From NCBI GenBank assembly GCA_964545065.1, contig CAZJEO010000002.1:68879-132878 (forward strand): a stretch of DNA of 64,000 nt, in the 5' to 3' direction. Made by a program: the position numbers and the translations under genes. Origin of the DNA: Candidatus Woesearchaeota archaeon. Its GTDB lineage: Archaea; Nanobdellota; Nanobdellia; Pacearchaeales; GW2011-AR1. The notes below the pieces were generated by a model. The model worked only from the letters and a program-made list of their open reading frames with translations. It was not told the DNA's origin and searched no databases. Positions 19,364 to 27,005 of the stretch are shown piece by piece; the stretch's first letter is position 1, and each line of letters starts with the position of its first letter.

Positions 19364-19756
19364 ATGGAAAAAATAGAAGAAAAGAAACAGATAGAGAAAG
19401 AAACAGCTAAGACAGCTGGAGCTGGATGTGAAGATAAGAATTGTCATGTTCATGGTAGCTTGAAAGTTCGTGGAAAAATCTTTGAAGGAGAAGTTATCAA
19501 GAAATTCCCTAAGAGAGTTGTTATTCAATTTGAAAGAATGATTTATGTTAGAAAATATGAAAGATACAAAAAAAGTAAGACAAAGATTCACGCAAGACTT
19601 CAAGATTGTATGAAGGATGATGTTCAAGTTGGAGATATGATTAGGATTCAAGAATGTCGACCTTTGAGTAAGATTATACATTTTATAGTGCTAGGGAAAA
19701 TCACACCCAAAGGTGTACCCTCTAAAGAGGGCAAAGCCAAGGAGGAAAAGAAATGA
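19364..19756 (+). CDS. rps17: 30S ribosomal protein S17 (uS17)
   Basis: CEDKNCHVHG and RIQECRPLSK motifs. First ATG in the ORF. The tail carries the short repeat. Confidence 0.9.
   Translation: MEKIEEKKQIEKETAKTAGAGCEDKNCHVHGSLKVRGKIFEGEVIKKFPKRVVIQFERMIYVRKYERYKKSKTKIHARLQDCMKDDVQVGDMIRIQECRPLSKIIHFIVLGKITPKGVPSKEGKAKEEKK
19703..19736 (+). repeat. In-frame palindromic mini-element, short form (rps17 tail; TPKGVPSKEGK)
   Basis: ACACCCAAAGGTGTACCCTCTAAAGAGGGCAAAG, near-identical to the rpl3 copy. Confidence 0.85.
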
Positions 19757-20154
19757 AAGCAATAAGTGCAAAGATAACACCAGGAGTGAGTATAGGCTCA
19801 ACATTAATTGCAGCCAGTAATAGTGGAGCAAAGATTGTGCGGTTGGTTGGAGTAAAGAGAGCTAAGGCCAAGAAGGGTCACCATGTTTCAGCGAAAGTGG
19901 CTGACTTGGTTAAAGTTTCTGTAAGAAAAGGTGTGCCAGATATGAAAGGTCATGTGTTTGACGCAATTGTTGTAAGACAGAGAAAATCATACAGAAGACT
20001 TAATGGAGAAAGAATTGCATTTGAAGATAATGCTGTTGCGATTTTGAAAGATGATAAAGGAAATCCCAAGGGAACTCAGATTAAAGGACCTGTTGCAAGG
20101 GAGGTGCAAGAGCGATGGCCGCAAGTTGCGAAGATTGCTAGTGTGGTAGTTTAA
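19753..20154 (+). CDS. rpl14: 50S ribosomal protein L14 (uL14)
   Basis: Typical uL14 sequence. ATGA overlap with rps17. Confidence 0.95.
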   Translation: MKAISAKITPGVSIGSTLIAASNSGAKIVRLVGVKRAKAKKGHHVSAKVADLVKVSVRKGVPDMKGHVFDAIVVRQRKSYRRLNGERIAFEDNAVAILKDDKGNPKGTQIKGPVAREVQERWPQVAKIASVVV

Positions 20155-20155
20155 G

Positions 20156-20401
20156 ATGAAAGATAGAAAGACAGTATTATTAGAAAGGGCAGCAGGAATT
20201 GATTTTCTTGCAAGCGTAATCGGTGCTTTTGTGGGGGGAGAATATTTAGAAAGAGCAAAAAACCTGTATGAAAAAATAACAATAAAATATGAGGAAGAAA
20301 TAGGGGAAAAATGGCCAATTCAGTGGAGATTAAATGAAATAAGAAAACTGGAAGCAGAAGAATTTCCTTACCCAATAGAAACACATTCAACACTTTTATA
20401 A
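20156..20401 (+). CDS. Small lineage-specific ORF (81 aa) intercalated between rpl14 and rpl24
   Basis: 1-nt spacers on both sides. No homology recognised. Confidence 0.5.
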   Translation: MKDRKTVLLERAAGIDFLASVIGAFVGGEYLERAKNLYEKITIKYEEEIGEKWPIQWRLNEIRKLEAEEFPYPIETHSTLL

Positions 20402-20402
20402 A

Positions 20403-20918
20403 ATGAAACAAAAATTTAGTAAAGCATGGAAAGCAAGTTCACAGCCTCGGAAGCAGAGGAAATATGCAGCGAATGCTCCGATACATTTGAAGCGAAAACT
20501 TTTGAGTGTTAATCTTGCGAAAGATTTGAGAACAAGACATAAAAAGAAAAATATTCCTGTGCGAAAAGGAGATACTATTTTAGTTATGCGTGGGAAATTC
20601 AAAGGGAAAAAAGGAAAAGTAAATGAAGTTAAAACAAAAATGGAGAAAATTTATGTTGAAGGTATTCAAGTGAAAAAGCGAGATGGTACAACAGTTAATG
20701 TTCCGTTGAAGGCATCGAATTTGCAGATTATTGAATTGTATATGGAAGATGGGAAAAGAATTAAAAGGATGCAGGAAGAAAAGAAAGAGAGCAAGGGAAA
20801 AAAGAATGCTGAATCTAAAGATTCAGAAGATAAAAAAGATAATAAGAAAGACAGCGGGGTGGTGGATAAAGTGAAAAAGCAAGATAATAAAAAGGAAAAT
20901 GCGGAGGTAAAGAAATAA
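20403..20918 (+). CDS. rpl24: 50S ribosomal protein L24 (uL24) with a K/E-rich C-terminal extension
   Basis: KOW motif VRKGDTILVMRGKFKGKKGKV and conserved position. Confidence 0.9.
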   Translation: MKQKFSKAWKASSQPRKQRKYAANAPIHLKRKLLSVNLAKDLRTRHKKKNIPVRKGDTILVMRGKFKGKKGKVNEVKTKMEKIYVEGIQVKKRDGTTVNVPLKASNLQIIELYMEDGKRIKRMQEEKKESKGKKNAESKDSEDKKDNKKDSGVVDKVKKQDNKKENAEVKK

Positions 20919-21145
20919 TGAAAACAGAAACAAGAAATTTAATTAGAAATTGTAGAAAACTAAAAAAAGTGCATAAAATAGCTAAAAAATGTGTTTCTTT
21001 AAATGATTTGCAATTTTCTTTAAAGATTTTCGAAACAAACTTGGATCGACTTGGAAAAAGAGTACCCGAAGATCCCAGAGCAGGTCGTGCATTTAGGAAA
21101 TATCAAGCATTTTATAATAGAAAATGTGCGGAGGTTTATCGATAA
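20918..21145 (+). CDS. Small lineage-specific ORF (75 aa) intercalated between rpl24 and rps4e
   Basis: TAATG overlaps at both ends. Basic helical protein, no homology recognised. Confidence 0.5.
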   Translation: MKTETRNLIRNCRKLKKVHKIAKKCVSLNDLQFSLKIFETNLDRLGKRVPEDPRAGRAFRKYQAFYNRKCAEVYR

Positions 21146-21789
21146 TGGCATACTTAAAACGACAAAAAGTTCCGAAGAATTGGCCTATTCATAGAAAAGG
21201 CACAACTTATGTAGTTAGGCCTGGTTTTAGTATTGGGAAGGGAATTCCTATTTTGATTATTTTGCGGGATATTTTGAAAGTTGCAGCAAATCGAAGAGAA
21301 GCTAAAAGAATAATTCACGCGAAACAAGTTTTATTGAATAATAAACCTGTAATGGATGACAAGCACAATGTTTTGTTACTTGATTGTATAAGTATTGTTC
21401 CATCAAATAAATTCTATAGAATGAATTTATCAGATAAAGGAAAATTCAAACTTGAAGAAGTTAAAGCTGAGGAAGCAGGAAGAAAAGTTTCTAAGATAGT
21501 AAATAAGAAAACTTTGAAAGGAAAAAAGACTCAATTGAATTTGAGTGATGGGAGAAATTTCTTGTCTGATTTGAAATGTAATGTTAATGATTCTGTTTTG
21601 ATTAATCTTTTAGAAAAGAAATTAGAAAAATGTATCCCATTACAAGAAAAAGCAAAGGTTCTTGTTTTTGAAGGAAAACACGCTGGTGAAAAAGGTGTAA
21701 TCGATAAGCTTAAAGACAAAACAGCAGAGATAAAGATGGAAGATAGAACAGTTGATATTTTAATTAAACAGTTGATGGTGGTTGAATAA
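21145..21789 (+). CDS. rps4e: 30S ribosomal protein S4e (eS4)
   Basis: MAYLKRQKVPKNWPIHRKGTTYVVRP is the typical eS4 N-terminus. Confidence 0.9.
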   Translation: MAYLKRQKVPKNWPIHRKGTTYVVRPGFSIGKGIPILIILRDILKVAANRREAKRIIHAKQVLLNNKPVMDDKHNVLLLDCISIVPSNKFYRMNLSDKGKFKLEEVKAEEAGRKVSKIVNKKTLKGKKTQLNLSDGRNFLSDLKCNVNDSVLINLLEKKLEKCIPLQEKAKVLVFEGKHAGEKGVIDKLKDKTAEIKMEDRTVDILIKQLMVVE

Positions 21790-22102
21790 AATGGATGAAA
21801 CAAAAATAAGAAGGCAATTGGGAGTAGAACAACAACTTGTTGATATGGCAAAGTCAGCAGCTGAAGCTAGTTGTTATCAAGAAACTGCAGAATTATTAGA
21901 TAAGGCGAAAAGGTGTAAGGATGTAGTTTATGGATTGTTGATGGAGGCTGAACCAGATGAAAACGGGCTTGCTAGGATGACATGTGAAGTTCCCTCAAAC
22001 ATGGAAAGGACAAGAAACCATCCTTTTGCTAAGGATACTCAAAGAATCTATTCAGAAGGAGAAAAATATTGTATGCATAAACTTCAAAGGATATGTAATT
22101 AA
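21782..22102 (+). CDS. Small lineage-specific ORF (106 aa, several Cys) intercalated between rps4e and rpl5
   Basis: 8-nt overlap with rps4e, 1-nt spacer to the rpl5 ORF. No homology recognised. Confidence 0.5.
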   Translation: MNKMDETKIRRQLGVEQQLVDMAKSAAEASCYQETAELLDKAKRCKDVVYGLLMEAEPDENGLARMTCEVPSNMERTRNHPFAKDTQRIYSEGEKYCMHKLQRICN

Positions 22103-22103
22103 A

Positions 22104-22769
22104 ATGACAGATAAAGAAGAAGAAACTAAAATGGCAGAAGAAACAGCACCCAAGGGTGTACACCAAGGAGGCGCGAGTACCTCTTCGCCAAGTAGGTCTG
22201 AAAGAAGGCCCCTAGACATTTCTCAAGAAATGTCTACTGAGGGCAAAGAAAAACAAATGGCATCCAAGGAGAATCCAATGCGAGAAATAAAAATCGAGAA
22301 GATTGTTCTTAGCATAGGTGGGATTGGAGAAGACTTGGAAAAGGGTGTTAAGCTTTTGAAACTTATTACTGGAAGAGTTCCTGCTAAAAAAAGATCAAAC
22401 AAAAGAATTCCAACTTTGAATGTTCGACCGAAACTTGAAATTGGAGCAATGGTTACAATCAGGCAAAACATAAAAGAGTTTTTGGAAAAAATGCTTGTTG
22501 CTATTGATAATACTTTGAAGAGAAAACAAATAAGTGAAAATAATTTTTCATTTGGAATCCATGAATATATTGAGATTCCAGGAGTAGAATATCAGAGAGA
22601 ACTTGGAATCATGGGATTTGATGTTACTGTTGTTTTCAAAAGAGCAGGACGAAGAGTTAAGTTGAGAAAAGTGAAGCGAGGAAAAGTTTCAAAGCGACAA
22701 GTTATAAGCAAAGAAGAAATAATTAAATTCATGGAAGAAAATTTTAATACGGAGTTTGTGGGGAAATGA
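22104..22769 (+). CDS. rpl5: 50S ribosomal protein L5 (uL5); alternative start at 22257
   Basis: The conserved uL5 core begins at MASKENPMREIKIEKIVLSIG (ATG 22257). The in-frame upstream 51 codons from ATG 22104 consist mostly of the long repeat element. Confidence 0.85.
   Translation: MTDKEEETKMAEETAPKGVHQGGASTSSPSRSERRPLDISQEMSTEGKEKQMASKENPMREIKIEKIVLSIGGIGEDLEKGVKLLKLITGRVPAKKRSNKRIPTLNVRPKLEIGAMVTIRQNIKEFLEKMLVAIDNTLKRKQISENNFSFGIHEYIEIPGVEYQRELGIMGFDVTVVFKRAGRRVKLRKVKRGKVSKRQVISKEEIIKFMEENFNTEFVGK
22146..22248 (+). repeat. In-frame palindromic mini-element, long form with an extra 18-nt module (5' of the rpl5 core)
   Basis: GCACCCAAGGGTGTACACCAAGGAGGCGCGAGTACCTCTTCG[CCAAGTAGGTCTGAAAGA]AGGCCCCTAGACATTTCTCAAGAAATGTCTACTGAGGGCAAAG. 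Inner stem TAGACATTTCT/AGAAATGTCTA. Confidence 0.9.
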
Positions 22770-23467
22770 TGATGAAGATTGCAGAAAAAATATTTGAGAA
22801 ATATCCTGAATTTGAAGTGGGGGTTATTATAGCGAGAGATTTGGATAATTCAAAATATAATGAAGAAATCCAAGGATTAATAAGGGGAATTGAAAAAGAA
22901 ACTAGGGAAAAAATAGATCCAGAAGAAGTTACTCAGAATCCAACTATTGCTAAGTGGAGAGAAATATATAAATCATTTGGAGCAAAGCCAAGCGATTATA
23001 GAAATTCTGTTGAAGCATTAATTAAAAGGGTCCTTAAAACAGAATTATATAAAATAAATCCTCTTGTGGATTTGTATAATTATATTTCTATAAAATATAT
23101 AATGACTGCTGGCGGAGAAGATATTGACAAAATAGAAGGTGACTTAATATTAGATTTTGCTAATGGAGATGAAGAGTTTATTCCGCTTGGAGAAGAAGAG
23201 AACAAATCTCCTTGGGAAGGAGAAGTTGTGTATAAAGATGATAAGGGCGCTATTTGTAGATGTTGGAATTGGAGAGAGGGCGATAGAACAAAACTTACAG
23301 AAGACACTAAAAATGCTGTGTTAGTTATTGAGAACATAATTCCAGAAGATAATGAAAAGTTAAAAGAAGCTTTAGAAGAACTTAAATCATTAATTGAAAA
23401 ATATTGTGGAGCAAAATGTGAAACTCATATTTTAAATAAAGAAAATTCAGAGGTGGATTTAAAATGA
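22766..23467 (+). CDS. Free-standing B3/B4 (PheRS-beta editing-like, tRNA-binding) domain protein
   Basis: NPLVDLYNYISIKYIMTAGGEDIDKIEG resembles the B3_4 domain signature. ATGA overlaps with rpl5 and rps14. Confidence 0.55.
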   Translation: MMMKIAEKIFEKYPEFEVGVIIARDLDNSKYNEEIQGLIRGIEKETREKIDPEEVTQNPTIAKWREIYKSFGAKPSDYRNSVEALIKRVLKTELYKINPLVDLYNYISIKYIMTAGGEDIDKIEGDLILDFANGDEEFIPLGEEENKSPWEGEVVYKDDKGAICRCWNWREGDRTKLTEDTKNAVLVIENIIPEDNEKLKEALEELKSLIEKYCGAKCETHILNKENSEVDLK

Positions 23468-23694
23468 CTGCAAGTGATTGGAAAAAGGTTTTGAAACAGA
23501 TACGGAACAAACCAGCGAAAGCTGCACGGTTTTTGAAACACAACAAGCCGAAAGAAAGGAAGATTGGAATCGCTGTGAATAAATGCGAGAGGTGTGGAAG
23601 ATTTGGCGCTCACATAAAATCATACGGATTAAATTTATGCCGACACTGTTTTCGAGAAATCGCGACAGAAATAGGTTTTCAAAAATATAGTTAA
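23464..23694 (+). CDS. rps14: 30S ribosomal protein S14 (uS14, zinc form)
   Basis: CERCGR...CRHCFRE zinc-ribbon motif and conserved position. Confidence 0.9.
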   Translation: MTASDWKKVLKQIRNKPAKAARFLKHNKPKERKIGIAVNKCERCGRFGAHIKSYGLNLCRHCFREIATEIGFQKYS

Positions 23695-23695
23695 A

Positions 23696-24076
23696 ATGAG
23701 TCAAGATATAGTCGCTGATGCGTTGAACATGTTACGAAATGCAAAGAAAGCTAGAAAGGATGTTGTTGAAATTAAGAAAATTTCAGATTTATTAATCGAG
23801 ATTTTAAAAATAATGAAACAGAAAGGCGCGATAAAGAAATACAAGATTGATGCTAAGAATAGAAGCATTGAAGTTACAATTGGAGACTTGTCAGAATGTA
23901 AAGCGATTAAGCCAAGGTTTACTGTTAAGAAAGAAGATGTTGAAAAGTACGTGAGACGATATTTGCCTGCGAGAAATTTGGGAACAATGGTTGTTTCTAC
24001 TAACAAAGGTTTGATGACTCACACAGAAGCTCAAGAAGAAAAAACGGGGGGATGCTTGATTGCATTTTTTTATTAA
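23696..24076 (+). CDS. rps8: 30S ribosomal protein S8 (uS8)
   Basis: DIVADALNMLRNA start, GGCLIAFFY end and conserved position. Confidence 0.95.
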   Translation: MSQDIVADALNMLRNAKKARKDVVEIKKISDLLIEILKIMKQKGAIKKYKIDAKNRSIEVTIGDLSECKAIKPRFTVKKEDVEKYVRRYLPARNLGTMVVSTNKGLMTHTEAQEEKTGGCLIAFFY

Positions 24077-24077
24077 A

Positions 24078-24152
24078 ATGAAAAAAGTAAATCAACCAAG
24101 TAGGTCTGAAGGAAGATTTTCATGTTTTCCTTTTTGGAGGAACCGAAAATGA
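24078..24152 (+). CDS. Leader uORF upstream of rpl6 (MKKVNQPSRSEGRFSCFPFWRNRK)
   Basis: ATG 1 nt after the rps8 stop. AAAATGAAAAAAG is duplicated at 24075-24087 and 24146-24158. Its stop overlaps the rpl6 ATG (ATGA), and GGAGG lies 8 nt before rpl6. Contains the GTAAATCAA..AGATTTTCA core plus the 18-nt module. Confidence 0.45.
   Translation: MKKVNQPSRSEGRFSCFPFWRNRK
24096..24115 (+). repeat. 18-nt module CCAAGTAGGTCTGAAGGA(AG), second copy (inside the rpl6 leader uORF)
   Basis: Matches 22188-22208 (CCAAGTAGGTCTGAAAGAAGG) with one mismatch. It is absent from the otherwise homologous leaders at 3101 and 15745. Confidence 0.7.
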
Positions 24153-24691
24153 AAAAAGAAATATTTCAAACAATAGAAATTCCTGAGGGAGTTGAAGCGA
24201 ATTTAGAAAAAGATATTCTTACTGTGAAGGGACCTGAAGGAGAGAATAAGAGAGAATTTGATATTACGAATCTTTCACTTGAGAAAAAAGATAATCAAAT
24301 AATTGTTGGGAATGCTAAGGCGACAAAAAAAGAAAAGAAAAGAATTGGAACTCTTGCTGCACATATTAAGAATATGATTAAAGGTGTTCAGGAAAAGTTT
24401 GAATACAAGTTGAAAATTTGTTTTAGCCATTTCCCTATGACTGCTGAGATGCAAGGAAAGGAAGTTATAATCAAGAATTTCTTAGGAGAAAAAATTCCTA
24501 GAAAGGTTGCGATTCGAGATGGCGCTGAAGTTAAGATAGAGAAAGATATTATTACTGTTACTTCTGTGGATAAAGAAATCGCTGGACAAGTTGCGGCTAA
24601 TTTTGAAACAGCTACAAAGGTTCCTTTGAAAGATAGAAGAGTTTTCCAAGATGGAATTTATATTACAAATAAAGCAGGGAGGGAAATGTAA
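24149..24691 (+). CDS. rpl6: 50S ribosomal protein L6 (uL6)
   Basis: MKKEIFQTIEIPEGV is the typical uL6 start. SD-like GGAGG upstream. The longer track ORF from 24122 is less likely. Confidence 0.9.
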   Translation: MKKEIFQTIEIPEGVEANLEKDILTVKGPEGENKREFDITNLSLEKKDNQIIVGNAKATKKEKKRIGTLAAHIKNMIKGVQEKFEYKLKICFSHFPMTAEMQGKEVIIKNFLGEKIPRKVAIRDGAEVKIEKDIITVTSVDKEIAGQVAANFETATKVPLKDRRVFQDGIYITNKAGREM

Positions 24692-25227
24692 TGGCTCCAA
24701 CATTTTTAAGACGAACAAGTTTTAGGTATTCAAAACTTGGAAAGGGTAGAAAGAAAAAACAAGTTTGGAGAAGACCGACTGGAAGAGATAATAAAATGCG
24801 GGAAAGAAGGAAAGGATATCCTGCTGTGGTTAGTGTTGGATACAAGACAAATAAAAAAGAACACAAAAATATTGTGAATGTTGAAAATTTAAAGGATTTG
24901 GCAAAAGTACAAAAAGGAGATGTTGTTGTTTTTGGAAATATTGGAAAAAAGAAAAAAATAGAACTTGCAAAAAAGGCAAAAGAAATGAAAATTGAAATCA
25001 GTAATTTAAATATTGAAAAGTTTTTAAAAAAGATTAAAGAGAAGGAAGAGAAGAAAGTTGAAGTTGAGACAAAAGGAAAAAAGATAGTTAAGAAAACTGG
25101 AGTGAAGAAGAAAGAAGAAACTAAATCAGATGGAGTCGCACCCAAGGGTGTACACCAAGAAGGTGCGAGTACCTCTTCGAGGCCCCGAAACATTTCCAAG
25201 GAAATGTCTACTGGGGGCAAAAAATGA
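24691..25227 (+). CDS. rpl32e: 50S ribosomal protein L32e (eL32) with a C-terminal extension
   Basis: FLRRTSFRYSKLG..WRRPTGRDNKMR is the eL32 core. The tail ends with the long repeat element. Confidence 0.9.
   Translation: MAPTFLRRTSFRYSKLGKGRKKKQVWRRPTGRDNKMRERRKGYPAVVSVGYKTNKKEHKNIVNVENLKDLAKVQKGDVVVFGNIGKKKKIELAKKAKEMKIEISNLNIEKFLKKIKEKEEKKVEVETKGKKIVKKTGVKKKEETKSDGVAPKGVHQEGASTSSRPRNISKEMSTGGKK
25138..25221 (+). repeat. In-frame palindromic mini-element, long form (rpl32e C-terminus, abutting the rpl19e start)
   Basis: GCACCCAAGGGTGTACACCAAGAAGGTGCGAGTACCTCTTCGAGGCCCCGAAACATTTCCAAGGAAATGTCTACTGGGGGCAAA. Inner stem ACATTTCC/GGAAATGT. Confidence 0.9.
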
Positions 25228-25631
25228 ATTTAGCAAAAAAGAAAAACTTAGCAGCAAGAACATTAGGAGTTGGAAGAAAGAGAATTGTTTTCTTAGCTCC
25301 GCGAATGGATGAAATCAAAGAAGCCATTACTAAACAAGATATTCGAGATTTGAAAGAAGAAGGAGCAATAATTATCAAAGATGTTAAAGGGAAGAAAAAA
25401 GTTGAGAAGAGAAACAGACGAAGAAGTACTGGGAAGATTCGAAAGAAAGTTAATATTCGAAAAAAGCAATATGTTATTATGACTAAAAAATTGAGAACTT
25501 ATGTTGTTGGTTTGGTTGAAGCAGGAAAAATAACTAAAGAAGATTCTGTGGATATGAGAAAGAAAATAAAGAATAAATTTTTCAGAAGTAAAGCTCACAT
25601 GAAAGAATATGTTGGAGGATTGGAGAAATGA
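25224..25631 (+). CDS. rpl19e: 50S ribosomal protein L19e (eL19)
   Basis: MNLAKKKNLAARTLGVGRKRI is the typical eL19 start. Confidence 0.95.
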   Translation: MNLAKKKNLAARTLGVGRKRIVFLAPRMDEIKEAITKQDIRDLKEEGAIIIKDVKGKKKVEKRNRRRSTGKIRKKVNIRKKQYVIMTKKLRTYVVGLVEAGKITKEDSVDMRKKIKNKFFRSKAHMKEYVGGLEK

Positions 25632-26137
25632 CAGTAAAAAAAATGCCGAAACGAAGAAGACGAGAAAATAAAACAGATTATGGTAAGAGACTTAAGTTGC
25701 TGAAGGCAGGAGTTCCGAGAATTGTTTTTAGAAAAAGTAACAAATATATTATTGCACAATATGTGACAAGCAAAGAAGCTCAAGACAAGATTGAATTCGG
25801 AGTGATTTCAAAAGATTTGGTGAACTTTGGTTGGCCAAAAGAAAACCAAGGAAGTTTGAAATCAATTCCTGCTGCGTATTTGATTGGATTGTTAATGGGT
25901 AAAAAAATTACAGAGAAAGGATTAGAAAACCCAATAATTGATTTTGGGATGAACAGAATGTTATATAAAACTAAAACTTATGCTTTCTTGAAGGGAGTTG
26001 TTGACGCTGGAATTCAAATTAATGCCAAAGATGAAATTTTCCCAGAACAAGATAGAATTCAAGGAAAACATATGAAAAAAGATTTTTCAAGTATGTTCGA
26101 ACAAATTAAATCAAATATTGATAAAAATGGAAAGTAA
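25628..26137 (+). CDS. rpl18: 50S ribosomal protein L18 (uL18)
   Basis: RRRRENKTDYGKRLKLL motif and conserved position. Confidence 0.95.
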   Translation: MTVKKMPKRRRRENKTDYGKRLKLLKAGVPRIVFRKSNKYIIAQYVTSKEAQDKIEFGVISKDLVNFGWPKENQGSLKSIPAAYLIGLLMGKKITEKGLENPIIDFGMNRMLYKTKTYAFLKGVVDAGIQINAKDEIFPEQDRIQGKHMKKDFSSMFEQIKSNIDKNGK

Positions 26138-27005
26138 AATTACAGAAAAAGCTAAACAAATAGATGCTGGAAATAGAAGAGCCTTTGGTGGTTCTCCAGA
26201 AGATAGAAAGAAAAGATTTCAGCAAAGAATTGAAGAAGAAGAAAGAGAAAGATTAGCTAGTTGGAAACCAAAAACAAAACTTGGAAGAGAAGTAAGAGAA
26301 GGGAAGATAAAAAATATTGATGAAATTCTTGATTCAGGAAGAAAAATTATGGAATCTGAAATTGTTGATTTGGTTGCAAATGTTAAATCTGATTTAATTT
26401 TCGTTGGACAATCAAAAGGAAAGTTCGGTGGTGGAAAGAGAAGAGTTTGGAGACAAACGCAGAGAAAAACTCGTGAAGGAAATGTTCCTACTTTTTCAAC
26501 AATGGCTGTTATAGGAGATGGGAATGGGCATATTGGAATTGGCGATGGGAAGTCTAAGGAAACTTTGCCTGCAAGAGATAAAGCAACAAAGAAAGCTAAG
26601 TTGAATATTTTTAGAATTACAAGAGCTTGTGCTGGTTTTGATTGTGCTTGTTCTGAATTACATTCTGTTCCATTCAAAGTTACTGGAAAATCTGGAAGTG
26701 TTAGAGTTACATTAATCCCTGCACCACAAGGAACTGGATTGGTTGTGGCAAATGAATTAAAGAAAATTTTGAAACTTGCTGGAATCAAAGATGTTTATAG
26801 TAGAACTTCGGGTAAACAGCGAACATCTTTTAACTTGATTAAGGCTTGTATTGAAGCTTTAAAGAAAACAAATGGTGATAAGCAAGTTGTTGCAAAACAA
26901 GTGATTAAAAAAGTTGAAAAGAAAGAAGAAGTTGTAGAAAAGAAACCTGTGAAAACTGACGAAAAGAAAACAGAATCAAAAGAAGTTAAGGAGGTTGGGA
27001 AATGA
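26127..27005 (+). CDS. rps5: 30S ribosomal protein S5 (uS5) with a K/E-rich C-terminal extension
   Basis: uS5 core (GDGNGHIGIGDGKSKE) and first ATG in the ORF. Confidence 0.9.
   Translation: MESKITEKAKQIDAGNRRAFGGSPEDRKKRFQQRIEEEERERLASWKPKTKLGREVREGKIKNIDEILDSGRKIMESEIVDLVANVKSDLIFVGQSKGKFGGGKRRVWRQTQRKTREGNVPTFSTMAVIGDGNGHIGIGDGKSKETLPARDKATKKAKLNIFRITRACAGFDCACSELHSVPFKVTGKSGSVRVTLIPAPQGTGLVVANELKKILKLAGIKDVYSRTSGKQRTSFNLIKACIEALKKTNGDKQVVAKQVIKKVEKKEEVVEKKPVKTDEKKTESKEVKEVGK

Noticed and set aside
21984-22103. Upstream part of the track ORF 21984..22769
   Set aside because: It overlaps the 21782-22102 ORF in another frame. The rpl5 ORF is taken from ATG 22104 (or 22257).
24122-24148. 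Longer rpl6 start at 24122 (MFSFLEEPK...)
   Set aside because: GGAGG lies at the proper distance before ATG 24149, and the conserved uL6 N-terminus begins there.
17558-25221. The repeat elements might be bulge-helix-bulge (archaeal endonuclease-spliced) introns in mRNAs
   Set aside because: I could not draw a canonical helix / 3-nt bulge / 4-bp helix / 3-nt bulge motif at the element boundaries. All copies preserve the host frame without stops, which splicing would not require. This is not excluded without RNA-seq.
18721-25221. The asymmetric internal loop of the element might be a K-turn (L7Ae site) or a box C/D-like motif
   Set aside because: Tandem G-A pairs flanking a 3-nt bulge are not consistently present. 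CTGA or CGA before the outer stem occurs in only two copies, and no RUGAUGA box is present.
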